Shown: positions 10,828 through 24,081 of the stretch, in pieces
Numbering within the stretch: position 1 is the first letter of the stretch
Layout of the letters: the number at the start of each line of letters is the position of its first letter
Assembly: GCF_006345805.1 (NCBI RefSeq)
Contig: NC_042997.1
Span: forward strand, 8,122,001-8,186,000
Length of the DNA: 64,000 bases
Origin: Octopus sinensis
Lineage: Eukaryota
Direction of reading: 5' to 3'
The notes under the pieces: generated by a model
Databases searched by the model: none
Told to the model about the DNA's origin: nothing
What the model saw: only the letters and a program-made list of their open reading frames with translations
Translations under genes and position numbers: made by a program

Positions 10828-13009
10828 GGTTAAGTAATTGAGATTCTAGTGAATTCTAAAGAATTCACATGAATATGGTCCTTAACTAGGATGCACCGGA
10901 TATCTATATGGTGTTAGCCATACGACAAGTGGGGTGATTATAAATAGGAAAAGAGCAACAAGAATGGATTAAAATCTCGGTACGATCGTTTCGTACGAGG
11001 ACATCTTTAATAAGCTACAAAAAGTGCAGTGAATACAGATGGCTCGTACTCGCCAGCCGAAAAAATATCAGAGAATTCCCAAACATCAAAAGGGGTAGAT
11101 ACAAAAGAGGTTGTAGGATTAACTGCATTGAAGAAAGTTCGATTCATGGAGATCTGATGAAAGGTTTTAAACCTATAGAATTTATGCATGTCTACATATA
11201 GCTCATATTGAATATATGATCAAGTTGTATGAAGAAATTTTCGGATACAGTCATGCAAAATTTCTGAAGATCCGAGTAAGAGGCAAAGTGACTACCACAT
11301 CATGTAGAGGAAAGTCTGAGTAAAAACATAGTGACTGTCATGTCGTGTAGAGGAACAGATTGTTATTGAAATTAACAAGAATCGCAGATAAGTTCGGTTT
11401 TTTTTGTTTTTTTTATATATATATATATATATGTGTGTGTATGTTATTATTCAGTTTATTACAAGATTTCTTGCCGACAGAGAAAGAACCGGTTTCTAAC
11501 CTAGATCCAAAGCTCTTTCAGTGGAATTGCACTATGGGGTGTTAAGAAGACAAGAAGGAAATACGTACACGTACAGGAGTGTGTCCGTGTACTGAGATTC
11601 AATTATTATATGTGTATATGGTATTTTAGTGTGTCTGTACGTATGCAAACGTATGAGTGGAAAGCGAAGAAGTGAAATGGTGGCTGTGGGCATTAGTTTG
11701 TGATGGCAGGAACTTAAGAAAAATGTTGAGGTGGGTGTTACGTTAAGGGTGATATATGCTGTAGGTAGAGAAGTGGGAAAGGGATCAAGAAAAAGAAGAA
11801 AACATGACAATACCACACTAGTGAAGACAATACCACACTATGGAATTTTTTGTGTGTTTCTATTAGGGAGGAAAATTAGTTTGACAGTTGATGGGGGTGG
11901 GTTTACGATGAAAGTAAAGTGTTGCACATGTCAGAGTTCAATGCGTAAAGTACATAAAACGATGGGGGAAAAGATCAAATAAAAGGAAAAAAGAATTAAA
12001 TCAAAATATGAAAACAACGAAAATTTTAGGAACATGAATGAAAAGATACGGAGAAAAATAATTTATTATGATTCATCTGTAAAAGATATATAATGGTGGG
12101 AGGTTATATAAGTCGTCTAGTGTCCTGGAAGTCGAGATCTGATAAAGGAAAAAAAGGGGAAAGAGTGGAAATGTGCAGGGAGCAAATAAAGAAAAAAGAT
12201 GAATGTTTTACATAGTAGGAAAGATTTTCTAAGATTCAAGTCTAGAAAATAAGTCAAATCCGAGGGTAAATTCCAGCGGTAAATTATGATGAGAGGTAGC
12301 AGTGGAAGGAATTCGAATGGGAACGTATTGCGTGATGCAGCAAATAAATGAAAAGAGAAAAGTGAACTCCTTCCAAAAGTGAAGGGTGTGTGTATTTGTG
12401 TTCGTGTCCGCATGTACCTGTGTTTGTGCGATAAACATATAGTGAGAGGTAAATTGCTGTATGGAATAGTGAAGCAAATACGGTAGTTTTTAAATATAGT
12501 GATAAAGCAAACATAAGTTATTACGATAGAAAAAGAGTGGGCGAGGGAATATGTTTGCCAATTTATTTACGAGCATGAACAGCTGTACATCCTTTGTGTT
12601 CATAATTGCGCGTGTAAGTTATGGTTTTGTGTGTATGTCTGCACATCTGCCTGTGGGTGTGCGCTGGTGTGCCTGACGGTGTCAAGCGTCAATATGTTGA
12701 AAGATATGAGAAGTGTGGGTGAATATTGTGAAAATGTGTGGGTGTGGTTGAAATACGTGGAAACGTTGTGGATGTATCGCTGGCATGTCGGTGTGAATGA
12801 AGATGAGATGCGGGTGATAGGGATGATGTGGATGTGAGCGGTGCACACAAATTTAAGTGGGCAGTGAATAATAGAATAATAGAATGGTATAGTGAAGAGG
12901 TTAAGCCAGGAAAAAATGAAATTGCGTCCGAAAGAAGTATAGTATACAAGTGTGTTTTTCAATACAGGGGTTCTATTCACGCCGAAACCTGTGAAGTATT
13001 CAATTTAAT

Positions 13010-13450
13010 GGTCACTAGAGCAGAAATGCTCTGAGACAGGTGACCCTCTACCAGCTTTGATATCTACAAGGTGCTCCGCGAATCTGCTAAGCAATTAGCG
13101 GCAGTTTTCCCGAGATAGGGAAAATAGCAAAGGGAATATTAAAGCGCATATATCAGATCACAATGAGGTGCAGCGAAAGGAGTCCCTAATGTAGGTCTCG
13201 CGCTTAATTCCGGAAACATTTTGGGGCTAGAAAGGAAAGAAATCTGGTATTACACCAGGATCGGAGTAAAAAAACAGAGGTCAGGCTTTAGGGAAGATGA
13301 AGCTGTCTACGAGGTGGTTACAAATATTGCGGATACGCTTGGAGGTTGGAATGAATAGAAGAGAGGAGGTTATGGAACAGGCAGGTCAGACTGGAGGCGA
13401 CGAAACGGGCAGGGTATGTTGTGTTGTAACAGTAGCTCGAGTGTTAGGTA
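13010..13450 (-). mobile_element. Penelope-like GIY-YIG endonuclease fragment
   Basis: Reverse strand reads ..YLGKT.. and RFAEHLVDIKAGRGSPVSEHF..SDH, matching the PLE GIY-YIG pattern RF.EH..DI.....PV..HF. Frameshifted. Confidence 0.62.
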
Positions 13451-14704
13451 AGAAGAAAAGTCGGTGCGGTGGGAAGCATATCGAACGTGAGGTGTTTGGG
13501 GTGACACACGGTCAATCTTATGAGTGCAAGAGAGAATAGAATACACAGAACAGTAATCACGTCATTGTACTCGAATATTGAAATATTCGTTACTGCTTCA
13601 AAGGCGTTTACCATGATTCGTACACTCACCCATCCCATGAACACTCACATATCTGTTTGATTATCTGTGAGGGTAAGATAATCAATTGTATTTACACTTA
13701 GTGAGAGTTGTGTATCAGTATACAAAGGATTACTTAGGAAGGTATATATAAATGTATGCGTATATGTATACGCAAAATAAAACGTTAAACTTCAATATTC
13801 GACTGTTTTTCCTTTAACCTAATATGGATAGAATATGTGCAGGGAATTATTCATATTTCTTCATGAAGTAGTTCTGGCATAAATCTAAATTCTACGTTGC
13901 CTGTGTCTCTTCTTTCGTTTACTCGCTTTCGCATTTTGCACTTCACATATTTTCCTGTCGCATGTACATCATCGGGTTTATTGCCAGCAGGAATTGCAGC
14001 AACTATAGCAACCACAGTGTTAAGTAAAGTTAGTCATATTAAAGTCTTTCAATCACTGATACCTTTCATAGAGTCAGCATTCTAAGTATCATCATTACTA
14101 TCGTGCAATTCATGTTGATCATCCCACAGAAAATGTTCTTACGCAATATAATCATCATTATCATCTTCGTTATCGTCATCCACTTCTTTTCTTCTTCAAC
14201 ATCCTCACCACTATCACGACCATCTCAGCATCATCACAGGAATCATCATTATTCAATAGTCATCCAAACCGTTTTCGCCCGTTTTTCCTTTCAACAGATT
14301 ATATTCATCATCACTAACGATAGAAACAAGAGCTTCAGATACATCAGCAAAAATCAAAGTAGCTCACAGGTTTAAACACAAAGAATTATTGATTCCCAAG
14401 GCATGTATTTGCTGAGTATTTTTTTAACTTTAAGAATATTATGTATGATTTATAAGTTTGGATGCGATTTATACCATTAAGTTATCACCTCACTGTTTCC
14501 TTGATAATATTTTCTCTCAAATATAATTATCACGATCAGGACACGCGAAGATAAAGGTTTGTTAATGCACCCAACTAGAGCACTTATACTCCTTGACTAT
14601 ATTCATTCACTCACCCCATGACCCATAGTCAAAATTTCTACTCTACAAAATATTTTTACAACACTATTCCACACACTTGATTAGGCTATCCATCATACTC
14701 TCTC

Positions 14705-15481
14705 ACTGAGCCGCTTGGTGCTTTCTCAGAAGTTCTTTGCATAAATGTTTGAATGTATGTCAGGCTGCTAGCTCAGTTTCGTCTACTGTCGCCTCGAAGT
14801 CCTCATCAGCTATAGGTTGACGAATGTGCAGGTTTACGAATATGCCCTCTTTAATCTTGGCATCACTTATTTAGGGAGGATCACCTTGAGGTACTGGAAA
14901 CATGAATTGTTATGTTGCAGCCCTTTGGTAAATTGCTTTGTTAGCCTAGTTTTATATGCAGTGGCGGAAACATGATTTTCTCGTTAAACAGTGGCTCATG
15001 ATTTACATTATGGCATCTAGACGTCATAGTTTACCGAGGTTGCCATTCTGAGTGTACATAATGTTCTGAACTACCCCCTATTGTCCCACTTGCAAAGGAA
15101 GCACATAAACTTGGTGGATACAGTTTGTAGTTCATTATGTAGAGCTACTAATTTCAAGTCCGCACAAATTAGCCATCTATGCTCCTTGTAACTTATGCGG
15201 TCTAGAATAAAAGTGAGGTTCTCATATGTTTCTCTTAAAATGACTGAGTGAGCAATTGAAACTCAAGTCATGGTATTCCCAGTGTACAACAGAACAGCGT
15301 TTATGCTGTACAAGGATGCATCTGTGAATAACCTCCACTCATTTGATTCATAGGTTAGCTCAAGCGCGTTGAATAAGTCTCTGGTACCATTACAAGAAGT
15401 CAAGTTATTTTCCATATTGAAGAATTGCTGTAGATTTTCAGAACGCTTCCTAAATACTGTAATTCGAGCAACATATTCCAT
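14705..15481 (-). mobile_element. Chapaev3-like (CMC superfamily) transposase relic
   Basis: EWRLFTDASLYSINAVLLYTGN, ETYENL, WLICADLK, CFLCKWD, PPLHIKLG, SDAKIKEGIF. Stops and frameshifts. Family assignment is from recalled motif pattern; TIRs not found. Confidence 0.7.
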
Positions 15482-16099
15482 TATTGCAGACGTGGGGCTT
15501 GATCATTGTCTTCAGGTTGGATAATGATGTGTGGTTCCTTGTCAGATTTACCACGGATTTGGACCAATATAACTATAAAAATATTGAGTGTTATTTTATA
15601 CTTTTTCCTAGTTTAGCTTGACAAATACCTTAGGAACACTCCATTAAAAGTATATTAAAATCCGTTCATAACATTTAGAGTTGTCTGTTTTAGCTCAACC
15701 CTGTTTGCACTCAATTCTTATTGAAGCATCAGTGTATTTAACGTAAATAAGATGGGCATTAACGAGAAAGTGGCGGGTTCCAGAAAGAAAAGGATGTTAT
15801 ATTCGTAATCTATATGCGAAATACCCTTAGAAGAGGTTGTTATCATTTCTGTTTTTTTTTATTTCATTGTTATGCAGTGTTATTATTAATAATTATAATG
15901 ACAATTGTAATACTAATTCAAATATTGCGACAATTTTCTTAATCGGAACTAAATATAAAAGCAGAAATGAAATTAAAAACAGCAGCAAATAAGAACTGGA
16001 TCAATGTGTAAAGATAATACAAGAGAAATGTGAGACGGATTATTACAATACAAACGAACGAATAATTTAAGAAAATCACAAATGAATATCAATCAAAAC

Positions 16100-16241
16100 A
16101 ATAGAATTATTATCATCATCATCATCATTATCATTATTATTACTATTATCATTAATGTTATCAAAAATAAAATAAATTATTATCACTATTAGTGTTGTTA
16201 TTATTATGCTATTATTATTATTGTTGTTATTATTATTATTA

Positions 16242-16286
<45 letters not shown>

Positions 16287-16290
16287 CGTT
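16100..16290. repeat. (ATT/ATC)n microsatellite
   Basis: Direct inspection. Confidence 0.9.
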
Positions 16291-17788
16291 AATGATTTCA
16301 GCATATGTTTATCATTATCAAAGATGACATAGTTGTAAATATTGTGATTATTAATCACTTATTTCTTTCTTTATGTATTGTATTATGAATGTTATTTTAT
16401 GAATATCAAAAGCTGCCTCTCATACGTTATCTTTCATACATGCATACATGAAAACGCATATCCATCCCTTCATTCATCCATCGAGCCTTTCATCCATCTA
16501 TACATCCATCCATCTATCCATCTGTATATATAATCATATCAAAGGGAAATGGAATTCAATAAATTTAAAATATCAATCAAAATTACATTTCCAGTTAACG
16601 TGCAAAAAATTAGTCAAGAAGATATATTAGTTTCGATATAGATATATATATATATTATGTGAAATAGAAAGATGAATAATCTGTTGTAGATTAATCAAAG
16701 GGGTTTCCTTGACAAGCAGGCTCAGATGCACATAAAACATAATATATATATATTTTTTTTTTCTTTCTGCACCCAACGGTTATCACGCATAGCCAATGAC
16801 AGACGAACGATCAAACGCACACACGTACAGAAAAAGTGTTTTCTACCCCTACGCCAACACACACATATAGAACAGTATTACACACAACATCTAAGTAGAT
16901 CTTTTCTCGCCCCATAAACCATCCAATATCTTAAATATCAGAACTTTATTCTCGGTACTAGAACATCTATACACCCTCACCCACATGATTGACCGATGAT
17001 TGAATGAGATTCTTCAATTCTCAATAACTAAAACATTCGCATGGGATCTTAGGAGCATAGTTCGATTTGTTTTTGCTCCGCTCTGTTGTTTTTGTTTTCT
17101 ACGGATTTACTTTTTCTTCCGAAGAGAAAGACATACAATATGGTCCCATTATTCAATCGGATGGTAATTTGTGCCTTTCGAAACACGTGTAGAATGAAAA
17201 AAACATTTCTTTCAATTGCGTCAGCTCCATTTCTTCAATTCACCAATATATATATATATATATACATTCATACACACATAAACATATATATAAACATATA
17301 TTTATCTAATATCATTTGTGCCTTTCAAATCTTCTCTGTGGCATCGCCCTCGTGTAGAAGAATTACTTCTGTTATTGGATAGACATGTGGAAATCTGTTA
17401 GTATGTAACACATTAATATAAAAAATTGTAAAAAAACAAAGCGATAGAGGAAACAGATTTTAATCACTATCCACAATTGTTTCTGTGCTTCGGTTAACAG
17501 CTATTCATTGCTGATTTTTTTCCTTATCTTACTATTATTACAAAAATATATGTAAATAAGTATGATCCAATTGCAACTGTATAACCATACGTCATAAGGG
17601 GAATGACTTAGGGAGCCACTCACCTGATGAGGTTTAGGCACACAGCTTTTTCAGGATCATATTTACGTATGTGATAGCTTTATATGAAAAGCTAGCAACC
17701 AACAGTTGTTACCATTGCTCAGAAATAATTGTGGTTAGTAACAACAGTCTGTTCATTCCATTTTCCTATTTTTTAAATTGTTGCATAT

Positions 17789-18669
17789 ACATTCAAGGTG
17801 GTATCAAAAGGTTCCCTGATTTAGTTTTGTTTAATAAAAAAATTATTTATTTAACTAAGTTTTAACATCATCTCTATCCAAATAGTAACATTGCGCACCA
17901 ATGCACCAGTGCTGGCGTTGCTGCCACTTTTGGAATCAGGCCCGGAAGTAGTTTTCCATAAGCGAGACGAGGACCTTCTGCGATTCGTTCTAGTTAAAAC
18001 GGTGGCGTTGAGCTGCATTTTCATCTTGAAGTAAAGATGGAAGTCTGCAGAGGCTAAATCTGGTGAGTATAGTGGATGTGGAAGCGATACTATGTTGTGT
18101 TTGCTTAGAAATTCACGAGTGAGGAGGGCTCGGTGCATTGTTGTCATGAAGAATCCAATACGTCGCGCTTCACAGATCCGGTCGCTTTCGCCGAATATCC
18201 TGCCTCCAATGCTTAGAAACATCGCAGTAGAACTAATGATTGACGGCCTGGCTCTGGAGGATGAATCTTTGATGCACAATGCTACATTTCCGGGGGTGAT
18301 GCTCGTTGCCGGTTTTCCAGATCACTTGTCGTATTCCAAGGACGTCCTTCCGCTTTTGGTGCATCCGTGTCACTCGAAACATTACGTAAGACTCATTGAC
18401 TCCGTAATCTTGCCGAAGCATTATCAATGGTTCTGTAGCAGGTCTCCCAAGTTTAACGCAAAATTTCGTGTTGACACTTTGTTCCTGTCCGCGACAAAAT
18501 CGCAGAATACAGCATTACACATGATCACAAAAACACACATTTTACAACTTGTGAAGTAATCATAGTGTTGTCAGTTGGCACACTACCTCATGAAGGTCAC
18601 AGCTAGCTCTCACTGCACATGAAACTGGTGCGCTACAAAGCTAGTCCGGTAAAGTTACTATACCACTCG
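17789..18669 (-). mobile_element. internally deleted mariner transposon
   Basis: KFCVKLG (HTH region) and HPLYSPDLASADFHLY motifs. Degenerate TIR-like ends (GTGGTAT...) with TA at 18670. Confidence 0.82.
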
Positions 18670-18781
18670 TATGTATATAAATACTCATAAGTATATGCAT
18701 TATATATATATATATATATATGTAATATATATACATATATATAAATATATATATGTATATATATATATGTATGTGTGTATA

Positions 18782-18830
<49 letters not shown>

Positions 18831-19281
18831 GTAGCGTAAAAGTTTAGGAAAACCATCGGTTTTATATCTAGCTTAGTAACGTTCTACACGTTGAGCTTGA
18901 TCTCTTTCACACTCTCTCTCTCTTTATACACACACGCATACACACATAGATAGATAGATAGAGAGCGAGAGAGAGAGATATATGGGGAGTGGAGAGTTGC
19001 TTTTATGCATTACATGTGCCTGAATGTCGGTAAGTTTGTGTTCGTGTACTTATGTAATATTTAACATTTGGCTTCAAATTCAAGCCCATATTGAACAGAA
19101 GTATATTATCCAAAGAACTAGAAGAAAAACAAAACGCTTAAATGAAAGATTTGTTCAAGTTTTGCTTCAATAAACTCCGTTGTATGAAGTATTTCAGCTC
19201 TATATATTACAAATAGCAATCGCAGCAATTTTTTACATTATTTATATTTGACGGTTATTTGTCCTCATCTTGTTTGTTGTT

Positions 19282-19327
19282 AACACAACGTTTCGGCTGA
19301 TATACCCTCCAGCCAACATCATGTGTC
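19282..19327 (-). ncRNA. hammerhead motif with mutated core (family 4)
   Basis: Reverse strand ACAC-ATGATGT-T-GGCTG-gagggtatat-CAGCC-GAAAC-GTT-GTGT. Stems I and II and palindromic AACGTT are intact; the CTGATGA core is mutated. Confidence 0.55.
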
Positions 19328-19490
19328 TTTGGGAAATTTCGAACCTGGGTTCCCATTCCTAACGTATTTTTCGATGTTGTTGTTGTTGTTGTTATTATTA
19401 TTATTATTATCATCATCATCATCATCATCATCATTATTATAGTATATATATATATAACAATATGAGGGTGATGTTTCCACGAAGGAAAAA

Positions 19491-19983
19491 TATAGGAAAA
19501 TGTGTTGTTGAAAATGCACCTAAATTTCAAAAACTCGTAACTGTTTAAAACACATTTATTTACATATATACCAAACTAGTTTCAACAATATTTTTGTTTA
19601 CCAATGGTAAAAGTTTAAAATTAGAAAAAACATCTTTAAAAGTTTCAGTGTTGACAAATTAAAATGTTGATAAATTAACATGTTCAAAACAGAAGGTGTA
19701 AGTTTGAATCTTCATAGCAGGCAATAAAATTAAAACTATATCAATTTGTTTGAATGTACAACGTTCATTAATTTTAGTGGTGGTCGACAAGTCATACTGA
19801 AAAAAACAAATGTGAAATGAAAATAGTAAAAAAAAATTAATTTAATTTGTCACCATTGAAACTTTTAAAGATGTTTTTCCTATTTTAAACTTTTACCATT
19901 GACAAACAAAATATATTGTTGGAACTAGTTTGGTATATATGTAAATAAATGTATTTTAAACATTTACAAGTTTTTGAAATTTT

Positions 19984-19989
<6 letters not shown>
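19491..19989. mobile_element. MITE/foldback with ~170-bp imperfect terminal inverted repeats
   Basis: AATTTCAAAAACTCGTAA..ACATATATACCAAACTAGTT..GGTAAAAGTTTAAAA is mirrored at 19845-19981. No ORF. Confidence 0.8.
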
Positions 19990-20017
<28 letters not shown>

Positions 20018-21433
20018 TAACATCCAAGTATCAACGTGTAGAGTGTTAGTAAGCTCGGGCAATCTTTCAGGGACCATAGTGGTGTATAGGCGCAGAACTT
20101 GTGTTTTTGTTTTCCATGTCGAACTTTGATAAGCTGAAAAACGTTATTCTATAGTTCACGGTTAGCATCTGGCAATGCTGTATATGCGAATAGAAGTCCA
20201 AATTTAAGGAATGGAGTTAATAAATTGAATATAATTTACATATAGGATTTAATTGTTTATTAATGTATGTTTTCAAACTGATAACACTTCTAATCCAGAC
20301 GTGTATAAACTTAGGATTGTATAAACTAGATTAGAGTTTAAACTAAATGTACCAGAATAAAATATAGTTTGTGATGTGAGAAGCCGGAGTCAATTCTATT
20401 TTCTAAGATATTAGAAGTGGAGTTATTCGCAGTTTCTTTTAATTAATGTTTTAGATAATAAAGTAATGCAATAAGGACTTACCAATGATTCGCCTTCGAA
20501 ATAACTATGAACAAATACAGGGACAAAAGTGTGCCAACTAGACTTAATTTCAGGTATTCGAAATTGATAGAGCAGGTATTATACAGCGTGTCATTACATC
20601 TTTACGACGGTAGGATAAAGCTTGAAGAATATTTGGTTGTAAAATAACTTAGCCAAATTCATTTATTGTTGAAAAGGCGAATTGTATGAAATAATGTGTG
20701 AATACCTATGGTGTTTATGGTAGAGTGACATGATCACTGAAGATCGAAGAACTGTGGGGGACAAAGGAAAATGAAGCAGGTTTAATCCGTTTTATATGCC
20801 ATGTCAATACGCATGACAGCTACAGCACAATTGCCCAGAGTGAAAGAAGTGGTGTATTAAGTATTCAAATGGCAAAACTTAAGAGAAATCGCAGTGCTGG
20901 TAAGGATATATGATACGAATAGACAATAAATTAAAGAATAAAGATCTACATTTATTCAGAATCGGTTTAGTTTTATAAAATGTGTACTTGAATTGTGTGA
21001 GATTCGTTCGTATTCAAATATACAAGATGGCACTGCCTATACATACATAAAGCTCCGAAACTTAATTCCAACAAACCATCCAGTAGCTGACAAAGATTCA
21101 CTAAACAATACAGTACAGATATTTACCCACAAATGCGGCGTTTCCAGTTTCTGTTCCTTTTGCTGATACATTATTACTGCCGGCTGTTATCTTCTTTTCT
21201 TGAGTGAATGTAACAGTATTTCAAATGATGTATTTCAAATACAAATGATTTCAGTAACAGGCAAATTTAAGAAAGAAAATATTACTCAATTTTGTTGTTA
21301 TTTAGTACACAGAAATTCTAAATGTTAAGACATTTTAGTACTGGACTATTTCAGATTTCGCAGTGTTAAATTTAAGTTAATATGAGAATGTAGTAATCGA
21401 GGAATGAGATTATATGAGAGCTCTGCCTTTCAG

Positions 21434-21485
21434 TGTTCAGTTTTAATGTTGGTATTTGCATTCTCAATGCCGTTTTAGAAATCAC
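21434..21485 (+). pseudogene. paralogous copy of the 29016-29067 exon with a dead donor (GT>AT)
   Basis: 44/52 nt identical to 29016-29067. Same tttcAG acceptor; reads FSFNVGICILNAVLEI; followed by ATAATT instead of GTAAGT. Confidence 0.5.
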
Positions 21486-22262
21486 ATAATTTTAATGTGT
21501 TACTGAATACAATTATGACGAATATATAATTTTTTTTTTATATTTTAATCCTTCATTTTCTGCTAAAATAATGACTCTCTTATGACTGTTCATTAAAATA
21601 TTAAACTGCTCCCATTACCATCGAAATATTCTATGTATTGTACTAGGTCGGTCTACTCGCAAAAATCATTTCCATTTTTGCATGTTAGCTAATTGTCTTT
21701 TGCTGCCAAATATATTTGCTTCTTATTAAGCCTGACTCTGATAGAAGCTGAGATCTCTTTGTTCAACCAATTCGAGATTTTATTCACTAGTTTTAACGGT
21801 CAGACGTAATGTGTTTGTTTTCTAAGGAGTTATTTTCTATCGAAAAACTGAAAAGCAAATTTGAAGTCCCCAGAAATAATGCCATCATTAATCTAACCTC
21901 AAGATCATACAAACAATGTATAAAACTAACGACTCAACATCTCTGCATGTATTCAGGGTCCAACACATAACCGAATGCTTTTATAGTACCTTCTCAGGCA
22001 CAATTGGGTCTCGCAAACATCCACTTTAAAAATACAATATCATATAACTCACAAAAAAGAATATATATCCCATGTAGAGGAATAGAATGTAATTCAATAC
22101 GCTGTTCAGCGACAAGGTTAGGAACAGCGTTACAAAATATTTCCTATTTCATTTTACAAATACGTTCACAACACGTTGTGTATTTTTGGGGCGACTTTTG
22201 TGGAATGCAAGATGCTCATAACTGTTTGTGTCTCTCTTTTTCTCTTTCTATATATGCATGTA

Positions 22263-22357
<95 letters not shown>

Positions 22358-22462
22358 ATATATATATATATATAATATAATTCGAGACAAAACCACTATT
22401 TTAAAACCAAACAAGGAAAGACTTAATCAATACATAAAATTTAATATAAATTAAATAAACCG

Positions 22463-22505
22463 CCACTACAAATGTTTCATGTCTGCTCCGACAATCTTCA
22501 GGTGG
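22463..22505 (-). ncRNA. minimal type-I hammerhead ribozyme (family 1)
   Basis: Reverse complement of 22804-22846. Confidence 0.75.
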
Positions 22506-22803
22506 ATTTTCGATCTTCTCTTCGCTCTGATAAAGACCCTTCATTGGTAACGGATCCTTCGTCACAGCCCCGACCCGAATGCTAAAGATAGCAGCTGCTT
22601 CACCCAACCTTAGCAACGCCTTCACACGTCTTAACACCTCGGCGACCCTCTTTCCAACGAGGGTCGCCGAGGTGTTAAGACGTGTGAAGGCGTTGCTAAG
22701 GTTGGGTGAAGCAGCTGCTATCTTTAGCATTCGGGTCGGGGCTGTGACGAAGGATCCGTTACCAATGAAGGGTCTTTATCAGAGCGAAGAGAAGATCGAA
22801 AAT

Positions 22804-22846
22804 CCACCTGAAGATTGTCGGAGCAGACATGAAACATTTGTAGTGG
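22804..22846 (+). ncRNA. minimal type-I hammerhead ribozyme (family 1)
   Basis: CCAC-CTGAAGA-tTGTC-ggagca-GACAt-GAAAC-attt-GTA-GTGG. Stem I CCAC/GTGG, intact core, GUA cleavage triplet. Confidence 0.75.
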
Positions 22847-23020
22847 CGGTTTATTTAATTTATATTAAATTTTATGTATTGATTAAGTCTTTCCTTGTTT
22901 GGTTTTAAAATAGTGGTTTTGTCTCGAATTATATTATATAACATTTTACTATAAAATTGGATTTAACCCTAAATCTGATTTTTCCCTGTAATTTTGGATT
23001 CATTCCCTAATATTTATTAT

Positions 23021-23051
<31 letters not shown>

Positions 23052-23053
23052 TA

Positions 23054-23085
<32 letters not shown>

Positions 23086-23675
23086 GCCGAAGACTACTTG
23101 GTGTAATTGATAATTATTCCAAATTAATTAATTTCACCCTTCATTATTACGGATAACCATATTTTATCTCAGTAGATGACCACAGCATCTTGTTTTGGCT
23201 ACACGCGGGTGGGAAGGGGCTGGTGACACAATCTTTTCATTCACACATTGAATTTGGTGATACTAGTTGCGGATTCTAGCTCGCTCTGATACTGAGTTGA
23301 GTTGGTGCCTTCTAGTATCTCAAAATTCATATATAATCATTTATGATTATAGTATTCTACGCTGAAGAGAAAAGAAGTTTTGGTGAGATAGAATTATTTA
23401 ATAGTTAATTCTTATGCTTTCCTAAAAACTTGATTTCGAATCGTACGTCCGTAGATAACTTAAAATTGTATGATAGATTGCCGTCAATTCATTCTCTCTT
23501 ACCTGTTTGTGTCTGCCTTCCAATTGCTGTTTTTACTGAGATCTCCCTTTTTAGTAGAAGAAATAGCTATAACTCTTTGACTGCTATTTCTAAATTCGGT
23601 ATGTGGTAAGGCAATTCGTTGCTAAACCCTTTATTGCTTAGTATATATATTATATATATATATATATACAAATAT

Positions 23676-23732
<57 letters not shown>

Positions 23733-23974
23733 AGGCTATTAGTGAGGAATTATCAATCCAGGCAAAATACTTCATAAGCTCCCTGTCGGCTCACGTAATA
23801 AACCCTTCACCAGGTTCTCTAGTTAACTTTAACACTATAGCGAGTGACATTGACTGAGATGGTTATTATGCCTAAGGAATAAATACAAATTACCAAACTT
23901 TACACGTATCCATATGCGTATCTTCTGTCTTTGATTAAATTTAAATATTTTAGAATCCTTTATCTATTCACATT

Positions 23975-23983
23975 TTAATCTTA

Positions 23984-24080
<97 letters not shown>
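23975..24080. repeat. (ATT)n microsatellite, Dong target array
   Basis: Direct inspection. Confidence 0.95.

Positions 24081-24081
<1 letters not shown>

Larger units (their letters stand above)
22369..23020 (+). mobile_element. Penelope-pLTR/retrozyme-like insertion with a 282-bp inverted duplication plus ~80-bp tail
   Basis: Arms 22369-22650 and 22659-22940 with loop TTTCCAAC. Tail 22941-23020 is also found at 42785-42860 and, reversed, at 54265-54330. Flanked by (TA)n. Confidence 0.85.

Noticed and set aside
10970-11320. Several partial hammerhead-like words (GAAACGATCGTA, CTGATGA, CTGAAGA)
   Set aside because: None has a complete core plus pairing stem I. Possibly very old pLTR debris, but not supportable.
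14770-14812. CTGATGA...GAAAC on the minus strand resembling a hammerhead
   Set aside because: It lies in-frame in the Chapaev3-like coding sequence (IADEDFEATVDETE); stems II and III and the GUH triplet do not form.
22401-22908. 109-aa ORFs in the palindrome as a protein-coding gene
   Set aside because: They are mirror images created by the inverted repeat (the 22579-22908 frame actually starts with ATG on the + strand). No domain recognised.
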